Part shown: positions 37,586 to 50,584 of the stretch, one piece after another | Numbering within the stretch: position 1 is the stretch's first letter | Layout of the letters: every line of letters begins with the position of its first letter | Assembly: GCA_965153285.1 (NCBI GenBank) | Contig: OZ229119.1 | Reading direction: 5' to 3' (one strand) | Length of the DNA stretch: 64,000 nt | DNA from: Podarcis tiliguerta | Lineage: Eukaryota | Notes under the pieces: model-generated | What the model was told of the DNA's origin: nothing | Database searches by the model: none | Seen by the model: the letters and a program-made list of their open reading frames with translations, nothing else | Position numbers and translations under genes: made by a program

Positions 37586-38959
37586 ACACCAGGTTTATCT
37601 GTCCCTGTTTTACCTACAGTGAGATTACATCCCTCCTCTTCTATGACATGGGAAAGAGATATCGTGCTGCTGGTATTAATTATAATAATCTGTGGAAGAT
37701 CTAAGATTATGACCTTTTTGCACCTCCACTAGTAACTTTCTCAGATGCCTTGATTTATACTTCTTCAATACTTCTCTTCAAAAAGCAGTGTAGATGTTTC
37801 TTGAAGAACAGCTGGGACTTATTCTTTCCACGCCAAGCAAGTTATCTGGAAGGTATGCTACCAATTAGGCCGATACCATTGCAACTGGAATGGAAGTTTA
37901 TGAGCTGGGCCTCAAGCTGAAAGTTGCTGAATATTTCTGATTTCGTCTGAGGCACCTTTATTACTTATTCTCCAGATAATCAACCTGCTATTTTTAAAGT
38001 TATAAACTGAGTGAGACAATATATGAGAAAGAAAACCATCAGAACACTATCCTTCAAACAGATTTGTCCAAGTGGCTTAAAATAAGAGTAGGGCACAGAA
38101 CCAGACGCACCTAATCCTAAAGTCCCAAGCCTGGTTGACAATGAAGCAGACTGCTCATACTGACTTCACCAGGCTTGAGATGGGAACTGGGGGGAGAAAG
38201 CGATGACTCATACATCAAGCCTAACACTGCTGCTGATACAAATATCCCTAGAGTCTGGGTGTTGCAGCAAAATGGAAACTCATGGATGTGTCCAGTCATG
38301 CCTCACAAAACTAGGCCACACATGGGATCTTTTGTAGCCCATTTGGAGCACTTGGATAAAACAGCTGCTCCCAGTTAGGCAGAGGAACAGTGATAGCACT
38401 GGGTAGCTGTGTACTCCTCCCCCAAATGTGTATGTCTGTGAATATGCTGCTTAGGAGTAGGGGACTAATTCTCAATCATCATCAGAGCAACTGCCCCCCC
38501 CATCCAGCCTCCCACAAGAAAGCTGTTTCAACAATTTCATTTTTAAAAGAGAAAGAGGTTGCAAGAATTGAAGGAGCCTCTGAAAGCTCCCACAGAAAAT
38601 ATACGTGTGCTTTGCATACATCACTTCAAAGGGAGCTTGTGGTGTGTTGTTCGCCAGATACCATCCATGACTGCTTGGAACTGAGGTACATGAACATCCA
38701 GAGGAACACATATTCTGATTCCTCGAGCTAAAACTAGAAATCCCCTGCTTTTGTAAAATACTATTTTTTTCATGCTTTCCTTGTTCCTCTTCTGCCTTTT
38801 TATGCTTATCTCTCCCCTCCCCCCCCCTTAATCACCTCCCAAATCACAGGTTACATTGCTCAAGTATCTCTTGTGCTCATATTCTGTGCATGGAAGAAAT
38901 CTGCAAAAGATTTTCAGGGACAGTGGAATCACTAAAGAATGCAGTCAGTGACACTATAC

Positions 38960-40811
38960 CTGCTGCTCTAACTATTGGAGACGCCTTATGCTTCCCAGAA
39001 TCCACTGTGGCTCCACTGGAAGGTGTACTAGGGCAAGATTTGTCATCTGTCTTTTTCTTCTTGTCTTTCTTATAGCCAGAGAAGACGGACTTCCACAGTG
39101 ATTTGGGCTTCGTGGCTTCCTCAGCCGCACTGCTGGATTTGTCAGAGAGCTTGCTGTCATTCTTGGACTTCTTCTCCTTTTTGTTCTTGCGGGGGGAGAA
39201 GAGAGAAGTCCTTTTCTTACTCTTCCCTCCAGAGCCTTCTGAGGATGTGACTGACCCATCACGCCCACCGGTGTCTGCCAAGGGTGAAAAGAACCTGTCA
39301 CCACTAGCCTCGTGTTTCAGGGTGGGGCCTTCGCCAGCTTTCATACCCAAATGCTTCTGGGATTCAAAATACAGCTCTTTGGTCTTTGAAGGCATGGTAG
39401 ATGCCTTGTGCAACTTGGCAGCACCAGCAGCGTTGGCCATCTCCAGCTCTTTCATCTTGCATAGCTGCTTAGCCATGGCATCGCGTAAGGCCTGGCTCTT
39501 GATGGACTTCTCTCTGGCTCTCATTCTTTCCTCCGCTAGCTCCTTCGCTTCTGCAGAGACTTGAGGGAGGCCTCTCTTTTGCTGGCTTCCCCCTTCCATT
39601 GATGGTGGCCCACCATTCTCTTTAACAAAATGTAGGTGGAGAGACTTCTCTGGCCTCGGTCTACTGGGGGGCGTGTAATATTTTTCGTGGATGCTCGAAT
39701 CCTCAGTCCTCTCATCGTAAGTGTCCTCCACGTCATCGGCAAATGGTATCTCATCTACACTCTCCACAAATGATTTCCGTACCTCCTCTCTGGAGGGCTG
39801 GGATGGCTCCCTGGCTGGCCGGATCCTTTCATTGACTGCTGGTGGTGGGTGAGGTGTTTGCATAGAAGCCGGCTTAGACTCAGCCTCGTTCTGCCAAGTT
39901 GCCTGGTGCCTTTTTCTCCGCAGTGTTGCTGGCTCTTCGTTTTGAGGTGGTGGAGGCGGAGGGCTGGATGGAGGAGTGAGCATGGTGGAATCAGAAGTGT
40001 TGAAACTCTGGCTGGCCAATGTTCTCATGTTTGATGAACTGCCCTGAAGACCCAGTCCAGAACTGCTGGACAGCTCTCTCTTAACATCACTCAAATTTTT
40101 CAACTCTCTCTCTGATGGGGATTTTGGAGTCAGCAAAGAAAACTGCTCACTGTCTAGCTTTGCTGTGACTGGCTTCTTTGACTGAGGTTTTACAATGTGG
40201 ATCCCCTTCTCTTCTGAAATACGTTCAGGGGTGTATGTTTTCAGAGGGGCAGACTCAAGGGGGGAAATGGTAAAGCTTGGCTCTGGTCCCCTGCTTCTGT
40301 TCACAGGGGTGAGACCCAAACTCCTCCGGATTTCAGCACTCTTCATCCAGAACTCTTCCACAAGATTATTCCTTTTCAAAGCTTCTTCTGCTGTGGTGGG
40401 GCTCCCCAATTTTTCCATCTCCCCATCTTGATTTTTGAGGGCAAGCTTGGCCAAAGGAGTGGAGGTTAAGGCTGGGACTGGCTGGAAACACACAGGTTCC
40501 CCTGGAGATTGAATGGATGCTTCACCAGAGGGTAAAGGCTGTGAACAAATAGGCAAGGGGGTGGCAGGTGGAGATGCAGGTGCTGCAGGAGTTGCTGGCT
40601 GCGATTTCACAGGTGATGTTGGTGTGATAGTCTCAGGCATTGCAACTGGCTGGGATCGTATTGGAGAGAGCGGTGCAGGTGGGCTTTTGACTTTTTGGTC
40701 ATCACAGATCTCGACTTGCGCCTCCTCTCCTGGGAGGAACGGTTCAGGGAAAAACCGTACGTCTGGGGATTCATCTTTGCAGGGCGCTGTTGCAAGAAGC
40801 TCCTTTGAGTC
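38960..40811 (-). CDS. MICAL3: MICAL3 large Pro/Ser-rich exon, 1852 nt, phase 0 to 1 (DSKELL...FFPEPFLP...SPIRSQPV...LVEEFWMKSAEIRRSLGLTPV...SPIVRAA)
   Basis: Acceptor atctgtctgtgtag|GAC lies 57 codons upstream of the ATG of ORF 38877..40640. Donor GCAG|gtatag. Confidence 0.97.
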
Positions 40812-43397
40812 CTACACAGACAGATATAAAACACAGAGCATCATCAATGGAACAAAACACCCATCAGCAGGTTCTAGACCAAGGAGTTCCAAACTTTGTA
40901 CATATACCAGCTGCTCCATGTTTGCCACAGACCCCTAGATTGTTACGAGCAATTCTGGAAAATATTCTAGAGTGCACTCTCTCCTCATATGGCCAGAGGA
41001 TGCAATATTGCTGGCTGCAGGGATCTGGATTGCCAGTGTGTCACCTACAGGGAAAGTACTGGGCAAGCAGACCCAAGCAGGATTGAAAAATGGGTGGCCA
41101 AGACTGCAAAAGCAAAGGTCCTAAGCAGAAAGAGAACCTAACCGTGGGGGAGAGGAGGACAGAAGAACTGCCCCCATGTTGCAGGTTGGTTTCTCAAACT
41201 TGGTTATTGCCCCCATGGTGATGGCTGATGCAGAAGTTTGTTTGTGGGGGGGGGGTAGTGATGTGGGTCCAGCTCAGGCAGCTGCTGCCTGCAATATACT
41301 GGTGGTGGCAACAGCAACAATAGCTAAGTAAGAAGTGGCCATAGAATAAAGTGGTGTGGCATCGCCGATGATGGAGGTGACAGCGGCAGCAGGGACACCT
41401 GGGTCTAAACTGAGCTAAGACACGTTGGGGGCACTGACATGGGAGGGGGAAGGTGGCAAACAGACCTGGCACACCCACTAGTCGTCCACCAAAGGTGAAG
41501 TTCCGCTGACTACAGTGATCTGTACCCAGCAAGAAGCACGCTGGTGAAGAAAAACCCAGCAAGACTGAACCCTTCTGCATTCTGCAGTGCAGTTGGGGGA
41601 GCAAGAAAGAAGAAACAATTTCTCCTTCCCTGTCCCAGTTGCATAGGATCTAAAAGAACCAAACTAAATATTAACCCAGCCTCCTGAATTGATTTGGGGC
41701 AGGACTGGGGAGCATACACAGCCCTTGCAACAAATCACATTTTCCAGTTATATATATATCAGGGAGGATTTTGTTTCTAAGAATTCCCATGCAACATTGG
41801 GTACTTTCCACTGTCAGAATTTAATTCATAACCCTAGCTCTCAACAGATTCAGTAATATGATGCAGATCTAAGGGCAGAACAGACAGACAGCTGGTGAAT
41901 AAGGACCATGAATAAGGACTACAGTACTAGCCAATATGAGTTATTCCTTCTTCAGGCATTATGACAGCATTACTTTTATATCTATTTAGATCACTGTTTA
42001 CTTTTTGGACATTGTGTCACTAACGATTGTCATTCTTGTTCTGTATTTTTTTGAATTTAAGCATTTAAGTTGTGCTAAAAAAACCCACAAGGCACATGGA
42101 TTGTATTTCATAACACTAGTTCAAGTCACACGAAATGCCAGCAAAGATGATTGTTGGGTGACTTCTGACATATCCTCAAGGAATGACTGACTCAGCTCTG
42201 AATAAGTTGGAAAATTGTCCTGCAACAGACTGAAGTAAAGAAGATTCTGGGAAATGAGTCTTTTACCTACAAATCTATGGGAAAGAATAAAGAGAAAGTC
42301 TCATTCTGCCACCGCCCACCCCGCTTGTCACAGAATATAGCCAATTAAAAGTACTGCTTTTAATTAAGCAGCAAGCTGTTTCTTAACGTCCAAAGTAAAT
42401 CAGCTTTTCAAAAAGCTAAGAAAACTCCAGAGCGTGAGGTACAAAAGTAAAACATGGCTTCACCTAAGTTGTCAGCTGCCTCACATATTGTACCCATGAC
42501 GCGAGAGCCTTTTCTGTGATGGTGTCTCAGCTGGCCTCCTGTCTTGCACTGGCCCTTCTTTCATTAGCTTAAAATGATTTTATTTACTCAGGCATTTACA
42601 GTGGGGGCGGGGCAGTCATATGAAAGATGTGTATTTTCTGTTGTCCTCTAGACATTTAGCTGATGGGTGGGATATAAATATTTCAATAAATAAATACATT
42701 CTTGTGAATCAAATGAAGAGTAGTGTTTTCTAAATGCACACGCACTGTGTCCTTACAGAATAATATATGGATGCACTGTGGGCTTTGCTTGCAAAAACAG
42801 CAAAAATGAGGAATGAGATCACACCTTCTCCATAGGTAGGTTTGTGTTCCTAGGATTCTAAGTGTGTGGGAAGGGCCTGTCTTGATTTTTGAAATATTCT
42901 TTAGACTGCTGAGCAACTTTATGAATAATAAATATTGTTATTAAAAGCCACTATTTGTACAAAAGCACAGTGTTCACAAATGATGCCTCTGTTTTGTACT
43001 CTGGAATTTTTTCCCCAAGTACCAAATATAACGTAGGCAGCACTCTCACAAATTCAGTGGCTTCAGCTACCTCAATAAATTTCTTAAAACGCATTCCCAT
43101 TAATTTTTCACCAATTTTTGTTCTAAGCATATTCATGGCAGAATGTTTGGAACTTGTTTTTATACAGAGATTCCAAACCAATTATTTGCCAGCCCTGTTT
43201 CAATGAAAGAAGCACTTCCACGTGAATTTACGTTGCAAGGCAATCTATTATAAAGCAACACAAATAAAAATTGAAAATAAGCTTACAAATATTTTGTGTA
43301 TGGAACCAGGGGTTATGACCAACTTTCTCTTTTAACATTTTACTCAGCTGGGTACGTAAGCATTAGCTATGAAGAATATAACAATCCCCTTTCTTAC

Positions 43398-43489
43398 TTC
43401 TTTTTCTTCTTCCTTGTGGTTTTCAGCTGGAGTCGGCAGAGCAGCCCTCTCACACGGTGACTGATCAGGCAGACAGAGCTTGCAAGGGT
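43398..43489 (-). CDS. MICAL3: MICAL3 exon, 92 nt, phase 1 to 0 (DPCKLCLPDQSPCERAALPTPAENHKEEEKE)
   Basis: Acceptor ggttttccttcag|AC and donor GAA|gtaaga. Needed to convert phase 1 to the phase-0 acceptor of the large exon. Sequence is poorly conserved. Confidence 0.8.
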
Positions 43490-43834
43490 CTGAAGGAAAA
43501 CCAACAAATAAGTCCATAACTATTTTAAACCAAATGAAGTGCATTGAGTTTACCGCCGCCTCCTTGCTTATTTCCAGATAGTCAACTTGGTACTTAACTT
43601 CAACACTGCCATTCCACCCAGTTATACAAGACAGTCACAGTACTATGATCGGTGCAACCTGATGTGATGGCAGCAAGCACTATTAAAATGAGTAGAGATT
43701 ACTCACAAATAGGTATGCACAGGATTATAGCTTTAGATGCTAAAATATTACACTGCTTGTAGAGAGGGAGGTGTGGCTCATTACAGGTCTGAAAGAAATA
43801 TGTTTAGCAGTAAAGGGCAGTTGGAGCAGACACA

Positions 43835-44030
43835 AGGTCAATCCTAGTCTATCCTGCTTCCCATAGTGGCCTCTGAGATGCCTCTGAGAAGTGCACAAGA
43901 AGGATTCAGAGACTAATTGTAGCTTATAGTCATTGATAACCCTGTCTTCCATGCATTTGCCTAATTGCTTCAAAGCTACGTAAGCTAGTGGTCACCACAT
44001 TTTGCGGTAGCAAATTCCATAAATTCTAGA
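43835..44030 (-). mobile_element. Old, degenerate CR1 3' fragment
   Basis: Resembles reptile CR1 3' UTR motifs (tcttccatgcatttgcctaat...aaagct...gtggtcacc...ttccata), recognised from memory. Confidence 0.4.
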
Positions 44031-44642
44031 AGGGCAGGATGAAAATTAAGCCAGAAGATGACAAGAGAAGCCTTCATTTCCAGGGAAGATAGTAACAAAC
44101 CCCAAAGGCAAGACAGCAGAAGCAGCTTCCACAAGACTCATGCCAGTCTAAGATGGTTGGCTGTAAGTCGTGGAATCCTCCTTCTATAGAGCCAAAAGGA
44201 AGCCACTAATGGAAACTAGCACCACAGAGGTATCCCATACTAAGAAGACTCCCCAATGTGAACTGGCTCCAGCTAGTACCCCCTTATGAAGCCTGAATAT
44301 TCTGAAGATCAGCTGCCATAAAAATGTCAGATGTCAAGTATTATTCCTTGGCCTTTTATTCTTTTTCTTTTAGGGCTTATGACAAATCAGGTTTTGAAAA
44401 GGCAGCCTAGACTTAAGCAAGACTATCATTCCCATAACCTGACACAACATTTTCCATGTGTACACCTTCATGGCAGCCACCTGCAAGCATTCCCTGAGTA
44501 GCAAATGTTCTCTGGCAACTTGGCCACAGATTTACTTAATGGTAATGAGAACCATGTATCGTGTTAGAAAATAACAGTTGCCTGCAGTGCAGACTGCTCA
44601 AAACTGCTTGGGGCTTCAGACTTGATGATTAAATTTTGGTAC

Positions 44643-44777
44643 CTTCTGTCTCAACGGAAGGGGCAGCTGTCTCTTCTTCTTCTTCTGCTTCTTCTTTTTC
44701 AGAGACTTTCAGCTCCAGTTCTTCTGCCTCTTCTTGATGCAAGCGGCACTCTGCTTCTGCATCGGATGGGATGTCAT
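44643..44777 (-). CDS. MICAL3: MICAL3 exon, 135 nt (138 nt with the alternative NAGNAG acceptor at 44780), phase 1 (DDIPSDAEAECRLHQEEAEELELKVSEKEE...VETE)
   Basis: Donor GAAG|gtacca is clear. The acceptor is gag/cag in tandem and separated from the pyrimidine tract, so the 5' boundary is less certain. PSDA and ELELKVSE motifs are present. Confidence 0.82.
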
Positions 44778-45361
44778 CTGCTCCCCATTGTTTTTTGCAA
44801 GGAAAGGAGAAGAACAAAAACTAAAGGATCTGACATGCAAATCTAGAGTGTCTTTGTGGTAAGATTTCACCTTGCCAACTCAGAGTCAAGAGAGATGAGT
44901 GAAGGGAATTGGTGGCTGTCACAGTAAGATTTGAAGGCAATCAGATGGACAGAGGGTGGCTGGCTCACCTTCTGTATCTGATTCTCAAAATGGCCCCCCA
45001 TTAAAACAATCTGCTGGTGAAGGACTTGGCACATTCTCTGAATAATTAACATATCCTTTATTACTTTTGTAGACCCATTTAGCATATGGCTAGCTCTAGG
45101 TCAATATTGATAGCAATAGGTTCTCTCCACTCATCTCAGAAGCTTTCTTGAGCACCGCTAAATGAATAAAACATTACAATTGTAATTACAACTGTCTCCA
45201 CACATATTCACACACTGCTAAAACAGCACATGCACTGAGCTCAAAGGTTTCGGGGTTTGCTAAGTCTTGCACAAAATACCACCACTGCGCCTGTTTGAGA
45301 CATGACTTTGTACTACAGAAACTATTTCTGACGACACACTATGGAGTTCATGGTCCCATAC

Positions 45362-45454
45362 CATCATCCAACTCTGCACCTGTGTCCCCATCTTCAATAG
45401 CCTCTGCAGGCTCGGTGCCTGCCTCATCTTCATAGTCGTTCTCCTCACACAGGG
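45362..45454 (-). CDS. MICAL3: MICAL3 exon, 93 nt, symmetric phase 1 (ALCEENDYEDEAGTEPAEAIEDGDTGAELDD)
   Basis: Acceptor tttattctag|CC and donor GATG|gtatgg. Matches the EPAE...GDTGAELDD segment. Confidence 0.9.
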
Positions 45455-46778
45455 CTAGAATAAATATGATACATAAAGAAACGGGGGTAGGGGAGAAAAC
45501 AGATCCATGTCAGTTCAAGTTCTAAGTTGTACTGTGGTCTCTTCAGAAGTCCACTTTTGTGTGTGAAGATCTAAGCGCCAGAAACAGTAATATCATGTGA
45601 TGCAGACTTTGCTGAACTATACGACTAGTTAAAAGTGAGGTGTGCTGTATGTTTGTATGCTGCCCCCATAAAACCACACTTTGCATATTAAACCTAGCAT
45701 GTCAGAGAGAAAACTATATAGAACATTTTAAAAAAAAAACCTAAAGAAAACATGGAAGCATTCAAACCTGTTTGCATTTGAAATGGTAAAGCCAACCATG
45801 ACTTGTACTATATTACACTACTGATCATGTAGCTCAGCTCACAGATACTTTTAATAGGTTCACTTTACCCATCTCTGCCCTGAAATCGCCTGGGTGACCT
45901 CTTATATCATATTTGAAAGTCTATGACGCCAGATTTGTTTTCTGTTGGGTGCATTTTGTCTTGCAAAGCAGTAGTTTCAAAGCACAGTTATATCTGGCAT
46001 ATGTTTACCAGACTTTGGCTGGTCTGTGCAACTATCCAAAGCAACCACTGGTTGGGTAAGCTGGAATATAGCATCTCAGAGACGAAAAGAATTGGCGCTA
46101 AGTGATGCAACATTTTGGAACAGCCTCTTTAAAAAATGAAATTTTGTAATTGCCCAAGCTCTCATGCAATTTCCCATGACTGCCCTGTTAACATTATCAA
46201 GATATACTGATTTTATTTATTTATTGAATTTATATACCGCCCTATGCCCGGAGGTCTAAGGGCAGTTCACATAATAATCTCAGGCCGATTCGCAGAATAA
46301 AAATAAAGACCTCAGGAGTCAGTGACATGTTTAATGGAGATACAAATTGGGAACACGTTGGTGCAAACATATATTGGTGTGGTGGAGAGACGTACCTATT
46401 CACAGTTATTGTATAAGTATGCATTTACACACACTAGGCAGTTAAAGATGAAGTGCAAGGGGATAAAAGCTGTCACACCAAAATTTGTGAGCTATGCACT
46501 ACTATAGCCAGAAACGAATGGAGCCAACATTTTGTCCAAGTTGGTCAGCAGCCACAACTGGATAAGGCGGTATGCAGCCGTCCTGTAAGCTCTGCTGTCA
46601 GAAGCAAAAGGTTTTAGAAATGCACTAACTACATTCATGCAAAACTCGGGTGCCAAATCTCAAGTAATCACTTTTCTATTATGCAAAATTAAGTTTCTAG
46701 CTTGTAAAAACCTGGTTCTTCTTTCCTAAAATGCCCTCAGTGATGGGGGTTATTCTGAATCATAAGTGCAGGGAGGGA

Positions 46779-46879
46779 GTAGGGCATTTTCCAGATATTT
46801 TAGACTGCAGCTTCCTTCAGTCCCAGACAGCATGCTAAATGGCCACAACATCTGGAGAGTGCCATGTTGACTAACCCTG
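46779..46879. mobile_element. Hairpin hAT-type MITE copy
   Basis: tccagatattttagactgcagctt...caacatctggagagtgcc core. Confidence 0.55.
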
Positions 46880-46961
46880 ATCCAGAAGATGGTCTGGCAA
46901 GAACAGCTAACATATTCCACCTTTCTCTCAGATTTTAGGGTTACAACAAGCTTCCTCTTTG

Positions 46962-47324
46962 GTAAAGGTAAAGGTAAAGGTACCCCTGCCCGTACGGGCC
47001 AGTCTTGACAGACTCTAGGGTTGTGCGCCCATCTCACTCAAGAGGCCGGGGGCCAGCGCTGTCCGGAGAAACTTCCGGGTCACGTGGCCAGCGTGACAAG
47101 CTGCATCTGGCGAGCCAGCGCAGCACACGGAACGCCGTTTACCTTCCCGCTAGTAAGCGGTCCCTATTTATCTACTTGCACCCGGGGGTGCTTTCGAACT
47201 GCTAGGTTGGCAGGCGCTGGGACCAAACAACGGGAGCGCACCCCGCCGCGGGGATTCGAACCGCCGACCTTTTGATCAGCAAGCCCTAGGCGCTGAGGCT
47301 TTTACCCACAGCGCCACCCGCGCC
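46962..47324 (-). mobile_element. Full-length Sauria SINE with TSD
   Basis: Minus strand shows a tRNA head GGGCGCGGGTGGCGCTGTGG (A box)...GGTTCGAATCC (B box) and an (ACCTTT)n tail. TSD CCTCTTTG at 46954-46961 and 47325-47332. CpGs are intact. Confidence 0.92.
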
Positions 47325-48164
47325 CCTCTTTGAAATGATGCCAAATTCAGGGGGTGCCCAGGTCTCTCTCAGGAATAGAAGAACTTAGAAATTCACAACT
47401 AGGGGCCGCTGTAAACATGATGCTTCCAAGTCGCTGTGATATTTTCCAGCCAGGTGCCTGGGACTACACACTGCTCATGTCTGCCATATGCACATGGGCT
47501 ATTGTACCATAGTGGCTGTGAAGAAAATGTCTCTAATCCAAATGTCACCTCTGCTATGAATTCAGGGGAAGCTATAAGGCAAGGTATCATCTCTTAAAAT
47601 GAGCTGACATCTACAATGCGGGAATAATCTTAACCTATTTTACAGGATTAATGAGAAAAAGATTAATGATAGAAAAATGTGAAGCAACTTGAAACCTTTG
47701 CTGTATAATGCTATATAGTTCTATATAAATGGCCTTATTATTATTATTTGCATAAAACAACCTTCAAAACATCTGCATAGCTTCTTTGAAGTGCCACATA
47801 CAAGAAACGTTAGATTTAAATTGGTCCTAATTTCCTACTGCGCAAATGAGAAATCTGTTTCCTCCTCAACAACAGCTGCAGTTCCTTCATAATACACATG
47901 GGCCTCTTTTTTGTTTGGCCTGCCTTGGGAGAGGTTAACGTGGAAGCCTAGTTCATGCAAGAATTAACCATCTCAGTGAGACATGCAGCCTCCTCCCTTC
48001 TCCTTCCTCCCCAACCCAGCATGCAGTAGCACCAAAGGCATAGATAGCTCCATGGTTAAAAAAGGGCCAGCAGCTGGAACACTAAAATTCCGGGCAGGTG
48101 GTAGCGCCAGCAGTGGCGGGCAGGGTTACTTGTGAGCTGTAAAACAGAACATCAGCAAAACTAC

Positions 48165-48227
48165 CTCCAGGGACTGCTTCCAGCCACGCCTGCACTGCCT
48201 GGTGGCGTATGGAGGGAAGGTCCGATG
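48165..48227 (-). CDS. MICAL3: MICAL3 candidate cassette exon, 63 nt, symmetric phase 1 (ASDLPSIRHQAVQAWLEAVPG)
   Basis: Acceptor ttttattttaattcag|CA and donor GGAG|gtagtt. In frame, with three downstream TGCATG motifs. Confidence 0.7.
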
Positions 48228-48731
48228 CTGAATTAAAATAAAATAAAATAATAATAAATTTCAAAGCAACCAAACAAATACTTTGAAAGTGAAAACATCT
48301 GAAACGGAAACATCAAGGGAGGGAAACTTCAAGAAGAGCAGACAGACCAAGGAGACACCAAACACAGGGAAGACCCAGACTCAAAAGGCGTCCCGCCCCC
48401 TGCTCCAAAAGGCGGGGGATGGGGGGGAGAAGGATGAAGCATGAATCCTTGAAGCATGAGTAATTGCTGCAGTGGTTTTTGCTACCCACCTGCAAGGAGA
48501 GGTGGTGCAAAGCTGTTCGTTTCTGATAGCAGATGAATCCTTGTCCGAGCTCTGGATCAATCAAGCCTCACTTAAGACTACTGCTGGCCATTTCTTTTCA
48601 TTCAGACCACAACAGTCCTGCAAAATGTATCCCTTTCCCTATCTGTATTATGTCCCCGCCTCCCCTTGGATGGTTGAACTGATTCTTCAATTCCCACACA
48701 TTTAATGCATTAAAGTGTGTGAAGTGCTGTA

Positions 48732-48853
48732 TCAGCTTTTCCCAAACTGGTGCCTTCAAATATTTTGGACCACAACTTCCACCAGCTCCATCACAGTGGC
48801 AAACGGCCAGTGTTTGTGGGGCTTGTAGCTGAACACATCTAGAGGGTGCCAGG
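48732..48853. mobile_element. Hairpin hAT-type MITE copy
   Basis: cagcttttcccaaactggtgcc...ttggaccacaacttcc...ttgtagct...catctagagggtgccagg. Confidence 0.6.
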
Positions 48854-50584
48854 TGCAGTCAGGTAGTCAATGGCCTTAGTCCAGCACAGAGTTTGGCTTA
48901 CTTAAACTCAAGGATTTCATTGGGTTTATGTATGCCTAACTGTTGCGTTTAGAACAGTGTCCTTATACCAAAGGCTCTTCAGTTCTCTGTGTCTTCTGCC
49001 AAGCACATCTCTTACAGACTCATTTGATGCCTACATTATCCAGAGTGCTGTTCCCTATTTCCTAATAGCCCTTCAAAGTCATCAGGTTCTTACTTCTCAC
49101 ACCTGACAAAGCTTTTCCTGTAGAACTGTAGACAATACAAAGGAGTGACTTTATGTCTAATTTACAATCTTCTGTATGGTACTCCTTCAGCAAGCCCTAG
49201 TCTCTTTTCACCATTCTCTTGTATTTGTTATTTATGTGACAAGGAAGAGTACTTTTCTACTAAATTAATCTGTGGACAGTAAAAGCAGCTTACACTTTAT
49301 AAAAATCAAGATGGTGACTAGGATAAGAGGAAAGAAAACTCAGAAGATTCCAAGAAGGGCACACGATTCAGATTCTAGGTCACCAGTGAAAGCTTATGTA
49401 ACACACTCATGTGGAATAAAGCAAAAACAAACATCTACTTCTGTTATAAAATTTCCTAGGTCCTGATATTTACTGGCATTCCAAGTTCAATTTTTAATTT
49501 TATTTTACTTTGAGAAATAAGATCTCGGTGTTTGGGACTGGGCCTTCTCAGTTTTGGCCCTGTAACTTTAGAACCAGGAAAGAACAATTCCCTTGACCTA
49601 ACGAGGTTTGCTATAAAAAAAGTTTGAGACTTCCTGAGACAGACAGATCGAATATGCAGTTGGATGATGAAAGGCATGCCTGAAGACTAACAGCACCTAT
49701 GTGATGCTTCCAAAAAACAGGAGAATTCTGGCTGGGAAAATTATGCAGCCAGAAGTTGAAGGTTAGGCATTTCCTGCCATCTGAAATGTGTAGACAGCGA
49801 AAAGATAACCTTTCTCTTGCAAAGAGTGTCCACATGACCTACTCCATTAAAAGTTAGTTCTATATTAGAGGGAAGACGAGACACTGCAAATCATTTGGAG
49901 AATATAACCAAAACTGAACCTAAACGGACTACAGATCTTGACAACTTTGTGGCAGCAACATACTGCTCTCTGAATACTAGGCACATGATGAATCCCTGCA
50001 GCTGAAGAATTACCTAGAGAGAAGTCTGGAACCCACTGCAAGAGGAAAGTAACAAGCTGCACAGTTATTGTGCAAAGCAATTACTTTATGGGAAGTACCT
50101 TAGCAACACAGAACTGGAATGTCATAACAAACATCAGCTCCAGGCAATGGCAAAGGCAGGCATTTCCTGGGAGCTCTGAGCATAGGAAAGGGCCCACTAT
50201 CTCAACAGCAACAGGTTTACTTTGCACAGGAAGTCAGAGGCAATGCAAGAGAATTTTCAAGTTTCCATGCCCTGCTTTTTTCTGGTTAACGAGGCCCACA
50301 GAGAATGCTTTGTATGGATTTCCTCGCAAATCCTGCACAGAATAAGGAGCATTGAGCAACACCTCTTTAGCTATAGGCAAGATACTTAAAAGCATTCAGT
50401 TTCAGCTTTTAAAAGAATTATGAAAGGAAGAAGAATCCAGAATTGTCATAGGCAATATTTGTCTTATACTTAGGACATTTCGCCTAACGTTTAAGAAAGA
50501 GCAACCTTCTTAAAACTTAATTATTTAGCACTGAATTCTCTATTCTTCTTCAAGAAGAAGTCAAGTCAGTCATGCAGTAGATAT

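Noticed and set aside
38877-38959. C-terminal tail (GIVSLTAFF...MHRI*) of the 587-aa ORF, and its ATG at 40640, as a stand-alone gene
   Set aside because: Homology stops at donor GCAG|gtatag and resumes in exon 37042-37136. The ORF is an internal exon with intronic run-on.
41140-41720. GC-rich segment with a Cys/His-rich 136-aa ORF, an acceptor-like tract and a donor-like ACG|gttagg
   Set aside because: All three frames contain stops before the donor, and the peptide does not resemble MICAL3.
42465-42570. Purine-rich exon-like stretch on the minus strand
   Set aside because: Weak acceptor and no frame-compatible donor without a stop.
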